Below are positions 8,380 to 16,347 of a stretch of 64,000 nucleotides of DNA, one piece after another. How positions within the stretch are numbered: the first letter of the stretch is position 1; every line of letters begins with the position of its first letter. A program made the position numbers and the translations under genes. The DNA lies in assembly GCA_046754285.1 (NCBI GenBank), contig JBHHVJ010000005.1, positions 26,330 to 90,329 on the forward strand, given 5' to 3'. Origin of the DNA: Myxococcota bacterium (GTDB lineage: Bacteria > Myxococcota_A > UBA9160 > SZUA-336). The notes under the pieces were generated by a model that was not told the DNA's origin, ran no database searches, and saw only the letters and a program-made list of their open reading frames with translations.

Positions 8380-8661
8380 ATGGACCTGAAGCTCTTCGCA
8401 ACCGTGTTCGGGACGATCTTCGTTGCGGAGCTGGGCGACAAGACGCAGCTGGCCACGCTGCTCTACGCCTCGCAGAAGAGCAACCCCCGGCTGACCGTGT
8501 TCGTCGCCGCCGCCGCGGCCCTCGTCCTGACCTCCGCGATCGGTGTGCTGGCGGGATCCGTGGTCGCCCAGTACCTGAGCGAGCGCGTTCTCTCCACGCT
8601 CGCGGGCGTGGGCTTCATCGCGGTCGGGGCCTGGACTCTGCTGCAGACCTACACGAGTTAG
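8380..8661 (+). CDS. UPF0016 (TMEM165/GDT1) family membrane protein, single-repeat form
   Basis: Signature ELGDKTQ motif in the first helix. 93 aa with three hydrophobic segments. Confidence 0.75.
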   Translation: MDLKLFATVFGTIFVAELGDKTQLATLLYASQKSNPRLTVFVAAAAALVLTSAIGVLAGSVVAQYLSERVLSTLAGVGFIAVGAWTLLQTYTS

Positions 8662-8707
8662 AGTCGACGGCGTACGGACGCACGGCGAGAAGACGAGGGA
8701 TGAAGCC

Positions 8708-9121
8708 ATGGAGATCAATGGAATCGCGCACGTGATGCTCACGGTGACGGATTTCGCGCGCGCTCGTGAGTTCTACGCTGCGCTGCTACCCTTCCTGGGG
8801 CTGAAGCCCGTCTTGGATGGCGAGGGTTTCTACTACTGCGTGGGCGGGCGAACGGCGTTGGGGATCCGCGCCTGCGCCCCAGAGCTCAGCCGGGAGCACT
8901 TCGTGCAGGAGCGGGTGGGGCTTCATCATCTCTGTTTTCGAGCGCGCACACGCGAGGACGTGGACGCGGTGCACCGACGCGTCGTGGAGCTCGGGGCCCG
9001 GATCGTGCACGAGCCCGAGGAGGGACCCTGGGCTCCAGGCTATTACTCGCTGCTCTTCGAGGACCCCGACGGGATTCGTCTGGAGGTCAACCACGTCCCC
9101 GGCAAGGGTCTGCTGGCGTAG
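8708..9121 (+). CDS. VOC (glyoxalase/bleomycin-resistance/dioxygenase) family protein
   Basis: INGIAHVMLTVTDFARAREFY...HLCFRA...DPDGIRLEVN pattern of the VOC fold. Confidence 0.75.
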   Translation: MEINGIAHVMLTVTDFARAREFYAALLPFLGLKPVLDGEGFYYCVGGRTALGIRACAPELSREHFVQERVGLHHLCFRARTREDVDAVHRRVVELGARIVHEPEEGPWAPGYYSLLFEDPDGIRLEVNHVPGKGLLA

Positions 9122-9150
9122 GTCGGGGTCGTGGAGGCCGTGACGTCCCT

Positions 9151-9720
9151 CTACTTCGCTCGCTCGACGTAGCGCAGCTCTCCGGGGTCGACCCGGATGC
9201 GATCGCCCGGGTTGATGAACGTGGGAACCGGAAGGGTCACGCCGTTCTCGAGCGTGGCCGGCTTGTTGGACTTGGCCGCCGTCTGACCCTTCAGGACGGG
9301 CTCGGTCTCCCGCACGGTGATCTCCACGGTCTTGGGGAGGCGAATCCCGATCGGCTTGCCGTCGAGCAGCTCGATCATCACACGCAGCCCCTCGTGCAGC
9401 CAGGGTCGCGCTTCCTCGAAGATCTCCCCCCCGACCTGGATCTGATCGTAGGTCTCGGCGTCCATGAAGACGGCGGTCTCCCCTTCGCCGTAGAGGTAGT
9501 CCATCTCGCGCGTCTCCACGATGGCGCGCTCGACGAAGTCGGCAGCCGAGAACTTGACCGCCCGCTGCGTGCCATCGAGCAGGTTCCGCAGCTTCGTCTG
9601 CACGAACCCTCGCTTGTTGCCGGGCGTGCGGTGCTCGAACTCGAGCACGCGATAGGGGATCCCTTCGTAGAGGATCGCCGTCCCCCGCCGCAGCGCCGTG
9701 GCCTGAATATCCGCCATCAT
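9151..9720 (-). CDS. efp: translation elongation factor P
   Basis: 189 aa. GTAILYEGIPYRVLEFEH...TKLRNLLDG...KPATLENGVTLPVPTFINPGDRIRVD...YVERA is full-length EF-P architecture. Confidence 0.9.
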   Translation of the reverse strand: MMADIQATALRRGTAILYEGIPYRVLEFEHRTPGNKRGFVQTKLRNLLDGTQRAVKFSAADFVERAIVETREMDYLYGEGETAVFMDAETYDQIQVGGEIFEEARPWLHEGLRVMIELLDGKPIGIRLPKTVEITVRETEPVLKGQTAAKSNKPATLENGVTLPVPTFINPGDRIRVDPGELRYVERAK

Positions 9721-11156
9721 CTCTCCTCGATCTGTCTCAGGCGCGCGAGCAGACGCTCCCAGATGTCGCCGAAGCCTCCGTTGGACATGATCAGCGCCAC
9801 GTCGTGTCCGCTGCGACCACGCACCAGGTGCTCGATGATCTCGTCCACGCGCGGGACGAAGGCCGCCTCCACGCCTCGCGCGCGCAGCTCCTCGACGACC
9901 CAGGCTGGGCGCATGCGCTCCGCCTCGGGCACGGCCTCGGCGCGGTGCACCTCCGCGACCACGACCCGATCAGCGCCGGAGAGCGCCTCGACATAGTCCG
10001 CCTCGAAGATTCGCCGGCGGCTGCTGTTCGTGCGGGGCTCGAAGACCGCCCAGAGACGACGATCCGGGAAGCGGGCCCGCATGGCCGCCGTGGTCTCGCG
10101 AACCGCGGTCGGGTGATGGGCGAAGTCATCCACGACAAGCATCCCCGCCGCCTCGCCCCGGACCTCCTGCCGACGACGAACGCCGCGATACCCCTCGAGG
10201 GCGTCGGCGATGGTCTCGAAAGAAACGCCCAGGCCGTGACAGAGCGCCGCCGAGCCCAGCGCGTTCTCGACGTTGTGGCGGCCGTGCATCGGCACTCGCA
10301 GTCGACCGAGCCTCCGCTCCCCACGCCAGACGGTGAAGCTCGTTCCCTGCTGATCAAAGCTCACGTCGGTGGGGTGCCAGAGTGCCTCGGCCCCGAAGCC
10401 GTAGCCCTCCACGGGCGCCGGACAGCCGCGGAGCACCTCCCGTACGGCCTCGACGTCGGTGGCCGCGACGATGCGTCCCTCCCCGGGAACCCGCTCCAGC
10501 AGAGCGTGAAAGGACTCCTGAATCTCCTCGAGAGAGTCATAGATGTCCGCGTGGTCGAACTCGCAGGAGGTCAGCAACACGCTGCGGGCGTCGTAGTGGA
10601 GGAACTTGGGTTTCTTGTCGAAGAAGGCCGTGTCGTACTCGTCTCCCTCGATCACGAAGTGCTCACCCTCACCGAGCCGGAAGCCGCCGGCGAGGTTCTC
10701 TGCGACGCCGCCCACGAGAACGCTCGGGTCCAGCCCCGCGTGGGTGAGGATCCAGCCCACGAGGCTCGTGCAGGTCGTCTTGCCGTGCGTGCCCGCAATC
10801 ACGACGCTGTGCTTTCCGCGGAGAAAGAAGAAGTGAACGGCATCCGAGAAGCTGAGAAACGGGAGCCCCGCATCGAGCGTCGCCTGCGCTTCCGGGTTCT
10901 CACGCCGCACGGCATTGCCGATCACGACGAGATCCGGGGGCTCGCGCAGCAGGTGATCGGAGTCGAAGCCCTTCGCGACCGAGATGCGGGCTTGGCGGAG
11001 CTGCTCGCTCATCGGGGGGTAGGCGTCGAGATCGCTTCCCGTGATGTGGAAGCCCCGATCGGCGAGCATGCAGGCGAGGGAGCCCATCCCCGTCCCCGCC
11101 ACGGCGACGAGGTGGATGTGTCGAATCGACTCGATGGCCGGAAGCTCACGCGGCAA
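9717..11156 (-). CDS. mpl: UDP-N-acetylmuramate:L-alanyl-gamma-D-glutamyl-meso-DAP ligase (Mur ligase family, Mpl-type)
   Basis: HIHLVAVAGTGMGSLACMLADRGFHITGSD and the P-loop IAGTHGKTTCTS. Mur-ligase length and domain order. Its stop overlaps the efp start. Confidence 0.85.
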   Translation of the reverse strand: MPRELPAIESIRHIHLVAVAGTGMGSLACMLADRGFHITGSDLDAYPPMSEQLRQARISVAKGFDSDHLLREPPDLVVIGNAVRRENPEAQATLDAGLPFLSFSDAVHFFFLRGKHSVVIAGTHGKTTCTSLVGWILTHAGLDPSVLVGGVAENLAGGFRLGEGEHFVIEGDEYDTAFFDKKPKFLHYDARSVLLTSCEFDHADIYDSLEEIQESFHALLERVPGEGRIVAATDVEAVREVLRGCPAPVEGYGFGAEALWHPTDVSFDQQGTSFTVWRGERRLGRLRVPMHGRHNVENALGSAALCHGLGVSFETIADALEGYRGVRRRQEVRGEAAGMLVVDDFAHHPTAVRETTAAMRARFPDRRLWAVFEPRTNSSRRRIFEADYVEALSGADRVVVAEVHRAEAVPEAERMRPAWVVEELRARGVEAAFVPRVDEIIEHLVRGRSGHDVALIMSNGGFGDIWERLLARLRQIEER

Positions 11157-12276
11157 GGAAGGCCTCCCAGATCAGATCATGGACACGGGGCCGCAGCTCG
11201 AAGCGGCTGCGTTTGGCGACGAGGTGGACGCGGTTCGAGAGCAGCACCACGATCATCCCGCGCTCGAGATCGATCCAGAGGCTCGTTCCCGTGAAGCCTG
11301 TGTGCCCGATGGAGCGGCGCAAGAAGTGGCTCCCAGAGGTGGACTGGCCCGCCGTGGGCGTGTCCCAGCCCAGCGCCCAGTCGCTCTCCGGTGTGAGCTC
11401 CTGCCGCGTGAAGAACTCACGGCTCAGCTCCGCCGGAAAGAGCCGGCTCTCCCCTCGCTCCGCGCGCAGCATCTCCTCGGCGAAACGCAGCACGTCGGGC
11501 CCGGTCGAGAACAGACCCGCGTGCCCGGCGATCCCGCCCATGGCCCAGGTGTTCCCGTCGTGGACCTCCCCCCAGAGCACCTTCTCCCGCCACGGGCACT
11601 GCTCGGTGGCCGCATAGCGAGCACGGGCCCCCGAGAACGGCAGCGGGTTGAAGTGTGTGTCCACCATCTCGAGTGACCGGTAGATCCGCCGCTCGCAGAA
11701 TGAGTCCAGGGGCTCCCCCGCAGCCTCGGCAACGATCTCGCCGAGCACGATGAACCCCAGATCCCCGTAGACCGAAGCCTCGCCCGCGTCGTGCACGGGA
11801 GCGCTGCGCAGAATCCGACTCACGATCGCCGCACGCCCCGCCTCCGTGGCGAGCCAGCGGTCCCCGCGCCTGCGTTCCCGCTCGCGCAGATCCTCATAGT
11901 AGGCTCGCCAGGGGCGAAGACCCGAGCTGTGGGTCAGGAGATGACGGATCGTGATCTCGGATTTTCCGTGCTCAGCAAACCCCGGGAGCAGCTCCGCCGC
12001 CGGCTGGTCCAGGGAGAGCTTCCCGTCCGCCACGAGCAGAAGAATCGCAGGTGTCGTCGCCATGACCTTCGTGAGCGAGGCGACGTCGTAGATCGTGTCC
12101 CCTCGGGTCTCGTGCCGCTCGGGACTGAGCACGGCAGCACCAAAGACCCCCTCGTACGCGAGCGCCTCCCCCATGCGAGCCTGGATGACCGCGCCCGGCA
12201 GCTCCCCGCGCTCGATCGCCTTCGCGACGGCACGATCGACCCGCTCGAGCTTCCTGCGTACCGCGGCCAGCTTCAA
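11146..12276 (-). CDS. serine hydrolase, beta-lactamase/PBP4*-AmpH-like family
   Basis: Active-site SxxK (ASLTKVM), HSSGL and HTGFTGTS motifs. Confidence 0.75.
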   Translation of the reverse strand: MKLAAVRRKLERVDRAVAKAIERGELPGAVIQARMGEALAYEGVFGAAVLSPERHETRGDTIYDVASLTKVMATTPAILLLVADGKLSLDQPAAELLPGFAEHGKSEITIRHLLTHSSGLRPWRAYYEDLRERERRRGDRWLATEAGRAAIVSRILRSAPVHDAGEASVYGDLGFIVLGEIVAEAAGEPLDSFCERRIYRSLEMVDTHFNPLPFSGARARYAATEQCPWREKVLWGEVHDGNTWAMGGIAGHAGLFSTGPDVLRFAEEMLRAERGESRLFPAELSREFFTRQELTPESDWALGWDTPTAGQSTSGSHFLRRSIGHTGFTGTSLWIDLERGMIVVLLSNRVHLVAKRSRFELRPRVHDLIWEAFLAA

Positions 12277-13205
12277 CCGTCGACCTCCACGACCGGATCC
12301 AGCATCGTGAGCGTTCCCCGCGAGCCGTCGAGCTCCGCACGAACCCCGAAGCCGAGGGCACGATGGTCGTGTACATGCCCGAAGGGGAGATCCTCGACGA
12401 TGGGTCCCTCGAACACCCGCATCAGCAGCTCGCGGAGCACCTCCCGCGCTGTGGGCTCAGGGTAGCGAGTCGACGAACAGGAGACGAGCTGTCCGATCGC
12501 CACCCCCGCCACGTCGCAGAGCTTCCCGGCTTCACGGAGCTGCACGACCATGCGATCGATTGCGTAGGGCTCCTCACAGACCTCTTCCAGAAAGAGAATG
12601 GCCCCGCGAGCATCGAGCTCCCAGGGAGTGCCGAGGCTGCTGGCGAGAGCCGTCAGGTTGCCGCCCACGAGCGGCCCCCGCACGCGTCCCTCGCGCAAGC
12701 CGTTTCCTCTCAGGGGCTCGAAGGCACCCGGTTCACCGCGTACGACCGCGAGCCAGCGGGCACGGGCCTCGTCACTCAGCTCCGGGCGCTCGAGCATCGG
12801 CCCGTGCACGGACGCTAGACCCGCACGACGCTGCAGCAGCAGGAGCAGGGCCGTGGCGTCGCTGTAGCCCACCATGAGCTTGCGCGCCGTACGGAGCTCG
12901 AGAGGCGTGAGCCGGCCCAGGATTCGCGAGAGCCCGTAGCCGCCGCGCGCGAGCACGATGCCACGGACCTCCGGGTCCCGCAGGAGCTGGACCAGATCCG
13001 CAGCACGCTCGTCGTCGCGGCCCGCCAGAAAGCCCGAACGGGAGCGCAGGTGCGGGGCGCAGCGCGGCGCATACCCCGCGGCCTCGAGCCAGGCCAGACC
13101 GGCGTCGAGGGCCGCGTCGTCCACGGGTCCCGCGGGCGCACAGACCCCCACGGTGCAGCCCTTCTCCAGCGGACGGGGGAGGACCAACGGCAGGCCCGCG
13201 GACAT
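12273..13205 (-). CDS. ldcA: LD-carboxypeptidase (peptidase S66, muramoyltetrapeptide carboxypeptidase)
   Basis: FLAGRDDERAADL, GGYG and GYSDATALL motifs (Ser nucleophile) and C-terminal FGH. Confidence 0.8.
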   Translation of the reverse strand: MSAGLPLVLPRPLEKGCTVGVCAPAGPVDDAALDAGLAWLEAAGYAPRCAPHLRSRSGFLAGRDDERAADLVQLLRDPEVRGIVLARGGYGLSRILGRLTPLELRTARKLMVGYSDATALLLLLQRRAGLASVHGPMLERPELSDEARARWLAVVRGEPGAFEPLRGNGLREGRVRGPLVGGNLTALASSLGTPWELDARGAILFLEEVCEEPYAIDRMVVQLREAGKLCDVAGVAIGQLVSCSSTRYPEPTAREVLRELLMRVFEGPIVEDLPFGHVHDHRALGFGVRAELDGSRGTLTMLDPVVEVDG

Positions 13206-14614
13206 CAGAAGGGAGGCTCGTCGACGTCGAAGCCCGCGGTCACCGGGGGTGGCTGGCGCTCGGAAAGGTTGTTGAAGCGCGTGTAGCGTCCCTCGAACTG
13301 GAGGCGGACCGTACCGATCGGGCCGTTCCGCTGCTTGGCGATGATCACCTCGGCGATCCCCTGGTCGGGGCTGTTCTCATCGTAGACCTCGTCCCGATAG
13401 ATGAACATCACGACGTCAGCATCCTGCTCGATCGCACCGGACTCACGCAGATCGGCGAGCATGGGGCGCTTGTTGGGCCGGGTCTCGGGACCCCGGTTGA
13501 GCTGGGAGAGGGCGATCACGGGGACGTCGAGCTCCTTGGCAAGCAGCTTGAGGGAGCGGCTGATCTCGGCGACCTCCTGCTCCCGGCGCTCGTCGCGTCC
13601 GCGTCCCTGGATGAGCTGAATGTAGTCCACGATGACCATGGTCAGATTCTCGTCGCGATGGAGCCGGCGAGCCTTGGCCGAAATGTCGCTGACGGTCACG
13701 ACGGCGCTGTCGTCGATGAAGATCCGGCGTTCCTCGAGGTGGCTCGCCGCACGGGTCAGCTGGCGGAGGTCGCGCTCGCCGAGCACACCCTCACGGAAGC
13801 GGGAGAAGTCCACCTCCGCTTCGCTCATGAGCAGACGCACGATGAGCTGCCGCTTGGTCATCTCGAGCGAGAAGATCGCCACACAGCCGTTCTGATCGCG
13901 AGCGTGATGGCTGGCGAAGTTGAGTGCCAGGGCCGTCTTGCCCATGCTCGGACGCGCCGCGATGATGATCAGGTCGCCGCCCTGCATCCCCCCGAGGTGC
14001 CGGTCGAGCGCGTCGAAGCCGACGCGGCAGCCGGTGACGTCCCCCGACTGCACGCGCTCGATGTACTCGAAGGCCCCTTGCAGTTCCTGCCGGACGCCCG
14101 AGAACCCCACGCGTGCATTGCCCATGGCAATGCGCAGAATCTCGCGCTCGGCCTCGTCGATGAGCTCCCGCACGGGGATCCCGCCCTCGTAGCCCTGCGC
14201 CGCGACGCGCTCGCAGCTGTGGATGAGACGACGCGCGAGCGCCTTGTCGCGGACGAGATCGGCGTGGTGCTCCACGTGGGCGGCCGTGGGCGTCGAGTCC
14301 ACCAGCTCATTCAGGTACGGCACCCCGCCGACCTGCTCGAGCAGGTCCTGCTCCTCCAGATAGTTCCGAAGGGTGATCAGCGTGATCGCCTGCTGCTTGG
14401 CCGCCAGCTCCTGGCAGGCCTGGAACAGGAGTCGATGGCTGGGAAGATCGAAGGAGTCCGCCGCGACCTTGTCCTCGATCTTGAACAGGGAGTCGTGGTC
14501 GAGGAGGATCGCACCGAGCACGGCCCGCTCGGCCTCGTGATCCGCGGGGATCGCCCGCGGGCTCGGATCGGGGCGTGACGAGCTCCGGCGGGTCGCTCCA
14601 TCCCCCTTCGCCAA
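13205..14614 (-). CDS. dnaB: replicative DNA helicase DnaB
   Basis: AERAVLGAILLD, Walker A ARPSMGKTALALN, and IVDYIQLI...SRSLKLLAKEL...ALSQLNR. A TTG start at 14614 preceded by GGGGGAGAG gives ~470 aa. The longer ATG ORF would overlap rplI. Confidence 0.9.
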   Translation of the reverse strand: MAKGDGATRRSSSRPDPSPRAIPADHEAERAVLGAILLDHDSLFKIEDKVAADSFDLPSHRLLFQACQELAAKQQAITLITLRNYLEEQDLLEQVGGVPYLNELVDSTPTAAHVEHHADLVRDKALARRLIHSCERVAAQGYEGGIPVRELIDEAEREILRIAMGNARVGFSGVRQELQGAFEYIERVQSGDVTGCRVGFDALDRHLGGMQGGDLIIIAARPSMGKTALALNFASHHARDQNGCVAIFSLEMTKRQLIVRLLMSEAEVDFSRFREGVLGERDLRQLTRAASHLEERRIFIDDSAVVTVSDISAKARRLHRDENLTMVIVDYIQLIQGRGRDERREQEVAEISRSLKLLAKELDVPVIALSQLNRGPETRPNKRPMLADLRESGAIEQDADVVMFIYRDEVYDENSPDQGIAEVIIAKQRNGPIGTVRLQFEGRYTRFNNLSERQPPPVTAGFDVDEPPF

Positions 14615-14654
14615 GTCTCTCCCCCCCTCGACGCGCCTGCGGCGCCCCGGCGTC

Positions 14655-15131
14655 CTAGTCCGTCGTGCTCCCCTCCGTGTCCGCGGCATCGATGACGCGG
14701 ACGCGGACGCGTCCCGTGACCTCGCGGTGCAGCCGGATCGCCACCTCGTACTCACCGAGCTGCTTGATCGGATCGTCGAGCTCGATCCTGCGTCGGTCGA
14801 TCTCAACGCCCTGCTCCGCCAGGCGCCGTGCAATCTCGGCGCTCGTGACGGATCCGAAGAGCTTGCCCTCCCCACCCGCCCGGACCCGGAACTCCAGCTC
14901 CGTCTCGTCCAGGCGGCGGGCCATGGCCTCGTGGTTGGCGATCTGCTTCCGAAGCCTCTCCTCGATCACGCGCTTCTTGTGCTCCAGCTCGCGCACCCGG
15001 CCCTTCGTGGCCAGCATCGCCTTGCCCTGGGGGAGCAGGTAGTTGCGTGCGTAGCCGGGCTTCACGTGCACCACGTCCCCGGCGTGCCCGAGCTTCTCGA
15101 TGTCCTCGGTCAGGATCAGATCGATGGCCAT
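14655..15131 (-). CDS. rplI: 50S ribosomal protein L9
   Basis: MAIDLILTEDIEKLGHAGDVVHVKPGYARNYLLPQGKA. Confidence 0.9.
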   Translation of the reverse strand: MAIDLILTEDIEKLGHAGDVVHVKPGYARNYLLPQGKAMLATKGRVRELEHKKRVIEERLRKQIANHEAMARRLDETELEFRVRAGGEGKLFGSVTSAEIARRLAEQGVEIDRRRIELDDPIKQLGEYEVAIRLHREVTGRVRVRVIDAADTEGSTTD

Positions 15132-15143
15132 CCGCCAGCTCCC

Positions 15144-15425
15144 CTAGACGTGCTGGGTCGTGAAGGGCATCAGGGCGATGTGCCGGGCGCGCTTGATCGC
15201 CACGGTGAGCGCCCGCTGGTGCCGGGCGCAGTTTCCGCTGATGCGTCGTGGAATGATCTTGTGCCGCTCCGTCACGAAGGTGCGCAGAACGCGCGCATCC
15301 TTGTAGTCGATCACGAGCTGGGAGTCCGCGCAGAAGCGACAGACCTTCTGGCGCGTGAACATCCGGCGGCCACCGCTGCGGCGCCGCTTGCGGCCTTGGG
15401 GTCTCTTGACGATGAGCTCGACCAT
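15144..15425 (-). CDS. rpsR: 30S ribosomal protein S18
   Basis: [15 protein letters not shown]...[32 protein letters not shown]. Confidence 0.92.
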   Translation of the reverse strand: MVELIVKRPQGRKRRRSGGRRMFTRQKVCRFCADSQLVIDYKDARVLRTFVTERHKIIPRRISGNCARHQRALTVAIKRARHIALMPFTTQHV

Positions 15426-15434
15426 GCCCGCCTC

Positions 15435-15998
15435 CTAACTCTCCGCCCGCTCCGCGGGCTTCTCGGTCGCGGACGGCTCGGCCTCTGGCTCGCTCGGGCC
15501 CGGCTCTTTCTCCCCGCCCGTCTCCGGCTCCAGAGCGGCCTCCGCCGCTGCCGCCGCCTCCGTCTGGCTCCGCTCGGCCGCGGCCTTTGCGTTCGCCGCC
15601 GCCTCCTGCTGGGCGCGCTCCTCCTCCTGACGCTCGCGCTCCTCGCGGCGGCGTTGCTGCTCCGCCTCCTGCTCGCGGGCCTCGGCGATGCGCGCCTCGA
15701 CGTCCCGTACGCGCTCGTTCGCCAGCACCGTGAGGAATCGGAGCACGTCCACGTCCAGCCGCATCAGGCGCTCGAGCTCCGGGATCAGGGCGCCGTCGGA
15801 CAGAAAACCGAGCTGAAAGTAGTGGCCCTTCTGGAACTTGCGAATCTCGTAGGCGAGCTTTCGCTTGCCCCAGTCATCACGGATCAGGTAGGTGCCGCCA
15901 CCCCGTGCGAGCACATCGTCGACGCGGGCGTGGATCTCCTTCTCGCGCTCGGGCGTGGCATCCGGCTGGATGACGTAAATGAACTCGTACTCGCGCAT
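15435..15998 (-). CDS. rpsF: 30S ribosomal protein S6 with long Glu/Ala-rich C-terminal tail
   Basis: ATG at 15998 preceded by GGAGGGA. MREYEFIYVIQPDATPE...GKRKLAYEI is the S6 core. About 85 extra E/A/Q-rich residues follow. Confidence 0.88.
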   Translation of the reverse strand: MREYEFIYVIQPDATPEREKEIHARVDDVLARGGGTYLIRDDWGKRKLAYEIRKFQKGHYFQLGFLSDGALIPELERLMRLDVDVLRFLTVLANERVRDVEARIAEAREQEAEQQRRREERERQEEERAQQEAAANAKAAAERSQTEAAAAAEAALEPETGGEKEPGPSEPEAEPSATEKPAERAES

Positions 15999-16146
15999 GG
16001 ACGTCCCTCCTGGTCGTGAGGGCCCCCGCCGTGGCGAGGACCGAGGCACGCGGATGAGGAGCGAAGTCTACCAGCTCTCCCGCCCGCCCGCGAGGCCGAC
16101 GGGCGCGCAGGCGAGCCCAGCGCGCCGATACTGCGCCCGGACGGCA

Positions 16147-16183
16147 GGGATCTGACTCGAGACGGTGTCTCGGGTCAGATCCC
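16147..16183 (-). terminator. 17-bp stem / 3-nt loop hairpin downstream of hppA (terminator-like, no U-tract)
   Basis: GGGATCTGACTCGAGAC-GGT-GTCTCGGGTCAGATCCC. There are 17 pairs with one non-Watson-Crick position. It is separated from the palindromic element only by the dinucleotide TA. Confidence 0.45.
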
Positions 16184-16185
16184 TA

Positions 16186-16347
16186 GTGTTCCGTCCCGGA
16201 AGTCCCGTTGCCTTTCTCGGTGCCGAGACGCGCAGCGGACAAGGCGCACGAGCGAGGAATATCCGTAGATATTCCGAGGGAGTGCAACACAGTCCGCGGG
16301 GATGGATCGGCGGCGAGCAAGGTGACCGGACTTCCGAGACGGGACAC
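16186..16347. mobile_element. 162-bp rod-like palindromic element with 20-bp terminal inverted repeats and flanking TA (candidate MITE; alternatively a structured ncRNA)
   Basis: GTGTTCCGTCCCGGAAGTCC (16186-16205) matches the reverse complement of GGACTTCCGAGACGGGACAC (16328-16347) at 18/20 positions. TA is present on both sides (16184-5, 16348-9). Imperfect arm symmetry continues inward for about 22 more nt. A central perfect hairpin GGAATATC-CGTA-GATATTCC lies at 16256-16275. The element is locally lower in GC and has no credible ORF. Confidence 0.45.

Noticed and set aside
14615-14875. N-terminal 87-aa extension of the dnaB ORF (ATG at 14875)
   Set aside because: The extension overlaps the 3' half of rplI in another frame and is Ser/Arg-rich. 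A TTG at 14614 with a strong GGGGGAGAG upstream gives a canonical-length DnaB.
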